Below, one piece after another: positions 62,010 to 64,000 of a DNA stretch of 64,000 nt (position 1 is the first letter of the stretch; every line of letters starts with the position of its first letter). The position numbers and the translations under genes were made by a program. Below the pieces are notes generated by a model. The model searched no databases, was not told where the DNA came from, and was given only the letters and a program-made list of their open reading frames with translations. Source of the stretch: Stegostoma tigrinum (taxonomy: Eukaryota); NCBI RefSeq assembly GCF_030684315.1, contig NC_081375.1:37757828-37821827 (forward strand), in the 5' to 3' direction.

Positions 62010-63290
62010 AGATCCTAGTGAATCTTCTCTGCACCGTCTCGCTTACCCAGTGTGGCAACCAGAAATGCACACACTCCAGTTGTGGCCTAACCAAAGTTTT
62101 GAACCACTCCAACATGACCTCCCTGCTCTTATAATCCATGCCACAACTGATGAAGGTAAGCATCTTGTATGCCTTTTTAAGCACTCTACCTCTCCTGCCA
62201 CCTTCAGAGATCAGTGAACAAGCATCCCAAAATCCCTTTGTTCCTCCAAGCTTCCCAGTGCCCTGCCATTCATTGACTGTTCTATGTTCTAAGTGCATCA
62301 TCTCATATTTTTCAGGGTTATATTTCACCTGCCACTGATCAGCCCATCTGACCAATCTGTTTAGATCCTCCTAAGACACTGTCAACTGCCTGATCAATCT
62401 TCATGTTATCCACAAACTTACCTATCATCCCTCCCACCTTCTCACCTATATTGTTTATATGTATTGGGAATAATAAGTGACCCAGTACCAGTCCTTGTGA
62501 TACACCACAGAAACTATCACCAGTACACAGACAGGCTTCTATCACTATCCCCATCTCGAATCACAAAGCCAATTTTTGATTCAACTTACCAAGTGACCCT
62601 GGATCCCATGTGCTTTGCATTCTTTATCAGTTTCCAATGTGGGATCTTGTGAAAGGCCCTATAAACTACATCAACTGCACTGCCCTCATCTATTCACCTG
62701 GCCACCTCCTTGAAAAGCTCAACCAAATTTTGTTAGGTGTGACTTCTCTCTGACATCCATACTACCCTTGATCAAAGCTTGCCTCTCCAAGCAGAGGTGA
62801 ATTCTCTCCTGCAGAATTTTCTCTAATAATTTGTTTACAACTGATGTGGGACTCACTGATCTGTAATTCCCTGGTGTATCTCTACCACCCTACTTGAAAA
62901 GTGAAGACACATTAGCTATGCTTGAATCTTTTGGCGTCTCTGCTGTGCCCAGAGGGTAAGTAAAAAATCAGGACCTCTGTAATTTCCTCCTTCACCTCCC
63001 ATTACTGCCTGGGATATACTCATCAGGACCTGAAGATTTTTCCACCTTTGAATCACCAATGCCTCATCACTCCCTATGTCAATCTGCTCAGTAATCTCAC
63101 ATTCTATCTGTACATAAATTCCGCTTCTCAAAGTGAAGACAGACATGAAGTACTTATGCAACACCCTGCCAACAACCTTCAGCTCTAAGCTCGGATTGCC
63201 CCCTTCAACCCTAAAGGCCCCTACTCTTTCTCTGGTTATCCTCTTCCCCGAATATACTGATAGAATATCATGATATTCACCCCAAACTGT
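62010..63290 (-). mobile_element. Degraded CR1 LINE RT fragment
   Basis: GVSQGLVLGHLLF, WADQWQVKYNPEK and KTLVRPQLE remnants. Confidence 0.8.
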
Positions 63291-64000
63291 CAAACCAGTG
63301 CTTTTTATGCCACCTCTTTGCTGTCCTAATTATTTCTTTAAAAATAATAAAATATAAAGAGGTCACATTAGCAGGGCCTTTCTGTCTGGGGGAGCTATAT
63401 TGGAGAAGGTGTCCTTTAGCTGCAGTCATTGTGGTATGGAGACAATGCAGTGTCAGAGATCTTAAAGAATGCATTGAAGCACTGGTTACCTCATTGGTTA
63501 CAAAGAGACCCCACCCCACCATGTCCCTGGCCATGTTTCTGCCATTAAGGAGGCCACATATTATTTCCAGTTGGCATCAGAGATTGGTCTCAGGAAGCTG
63601 CTTAATTATTAGGGCCTCCAATTTTAGCTTACTGAGAGAAGGGTTGTTGTGGTGCATTTGGAGTATCCTTCCCAGAGGATCTAGGATAAGTCCCACTGCA
63701 GGAATAATGGCCATGGGCATACTGTGTGATGGATATAGTCCTACCATATCAGTTTGTTTTGAAAAGAGTACTCTAACTGATAATCTCATATTCTTGGAGC
63801 TCTTTTCACATGACTTTCTACATGCAAGCACTTTGCTAATTAACCAGCCTCCTTCTCCTCTCCAGTATGTCTAGAATGAAAAAGTGAACATGGTTGATGA
63901 ATAAATGTCGATATTTCGTTTTGGCATCTAGCTTTCTTCAGTGCTGCTTTGTAGCAGCATCCAGGAAATCTGTTTTAATTCCTACAGCCTCTAGGGCACT

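Noticed and set aside
63277-63874. Overlapping ORFs at the window end (possible neighbouring gene or DNA transposon)
   Set aside because: No recognisable domain or convincing exon structure.

Overview
Eukaryotic vertebrate DNA. The repeat content (HE1/V-SINE-like, CR1, Neptune-type Penelope) points to a cartilaginous fish, which is an inference. The window holds one complete protein-coding gene, NDEL1, on the minus strand. It has 8 coding exons (86+154+149+137+171+92+152+91 = 1032 nt, 343 aa, ending ...GMLPLSV*), all with GT-AG boundaries and consistent phases. It also has a 35-nt cassette exon giving an alternative C-terminus, a CpG-rich promoter region at ~59.7-60.8 kb and a likely poly(A) signal at 1164-1169. 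Almost all other ORFs in the track are transposon remnants or noise. The introns carry a Gmr1-like Gypsy remnant, many CR1/L2 LINE fragments, SINEs and a family of Penelope-like elements (RT + GIY-YIG). These Penelope-like elements are the most interesting system here. They carry a minimal hammerhead-ribozyme motif near the 3' end (about 10 copies, one intact) and make 13-14 bp target-site duplications. They often insert as two 5'-to-5' fused inverted arms, one carrying an extra 29-35 nt tail, down to a 41-bp ends-only footprint. Two independent copies share the same 5' breakpoint. All coordinates were read by eye; splice sites and TSDs were indexed base by base, while TE boundaries are approximate.
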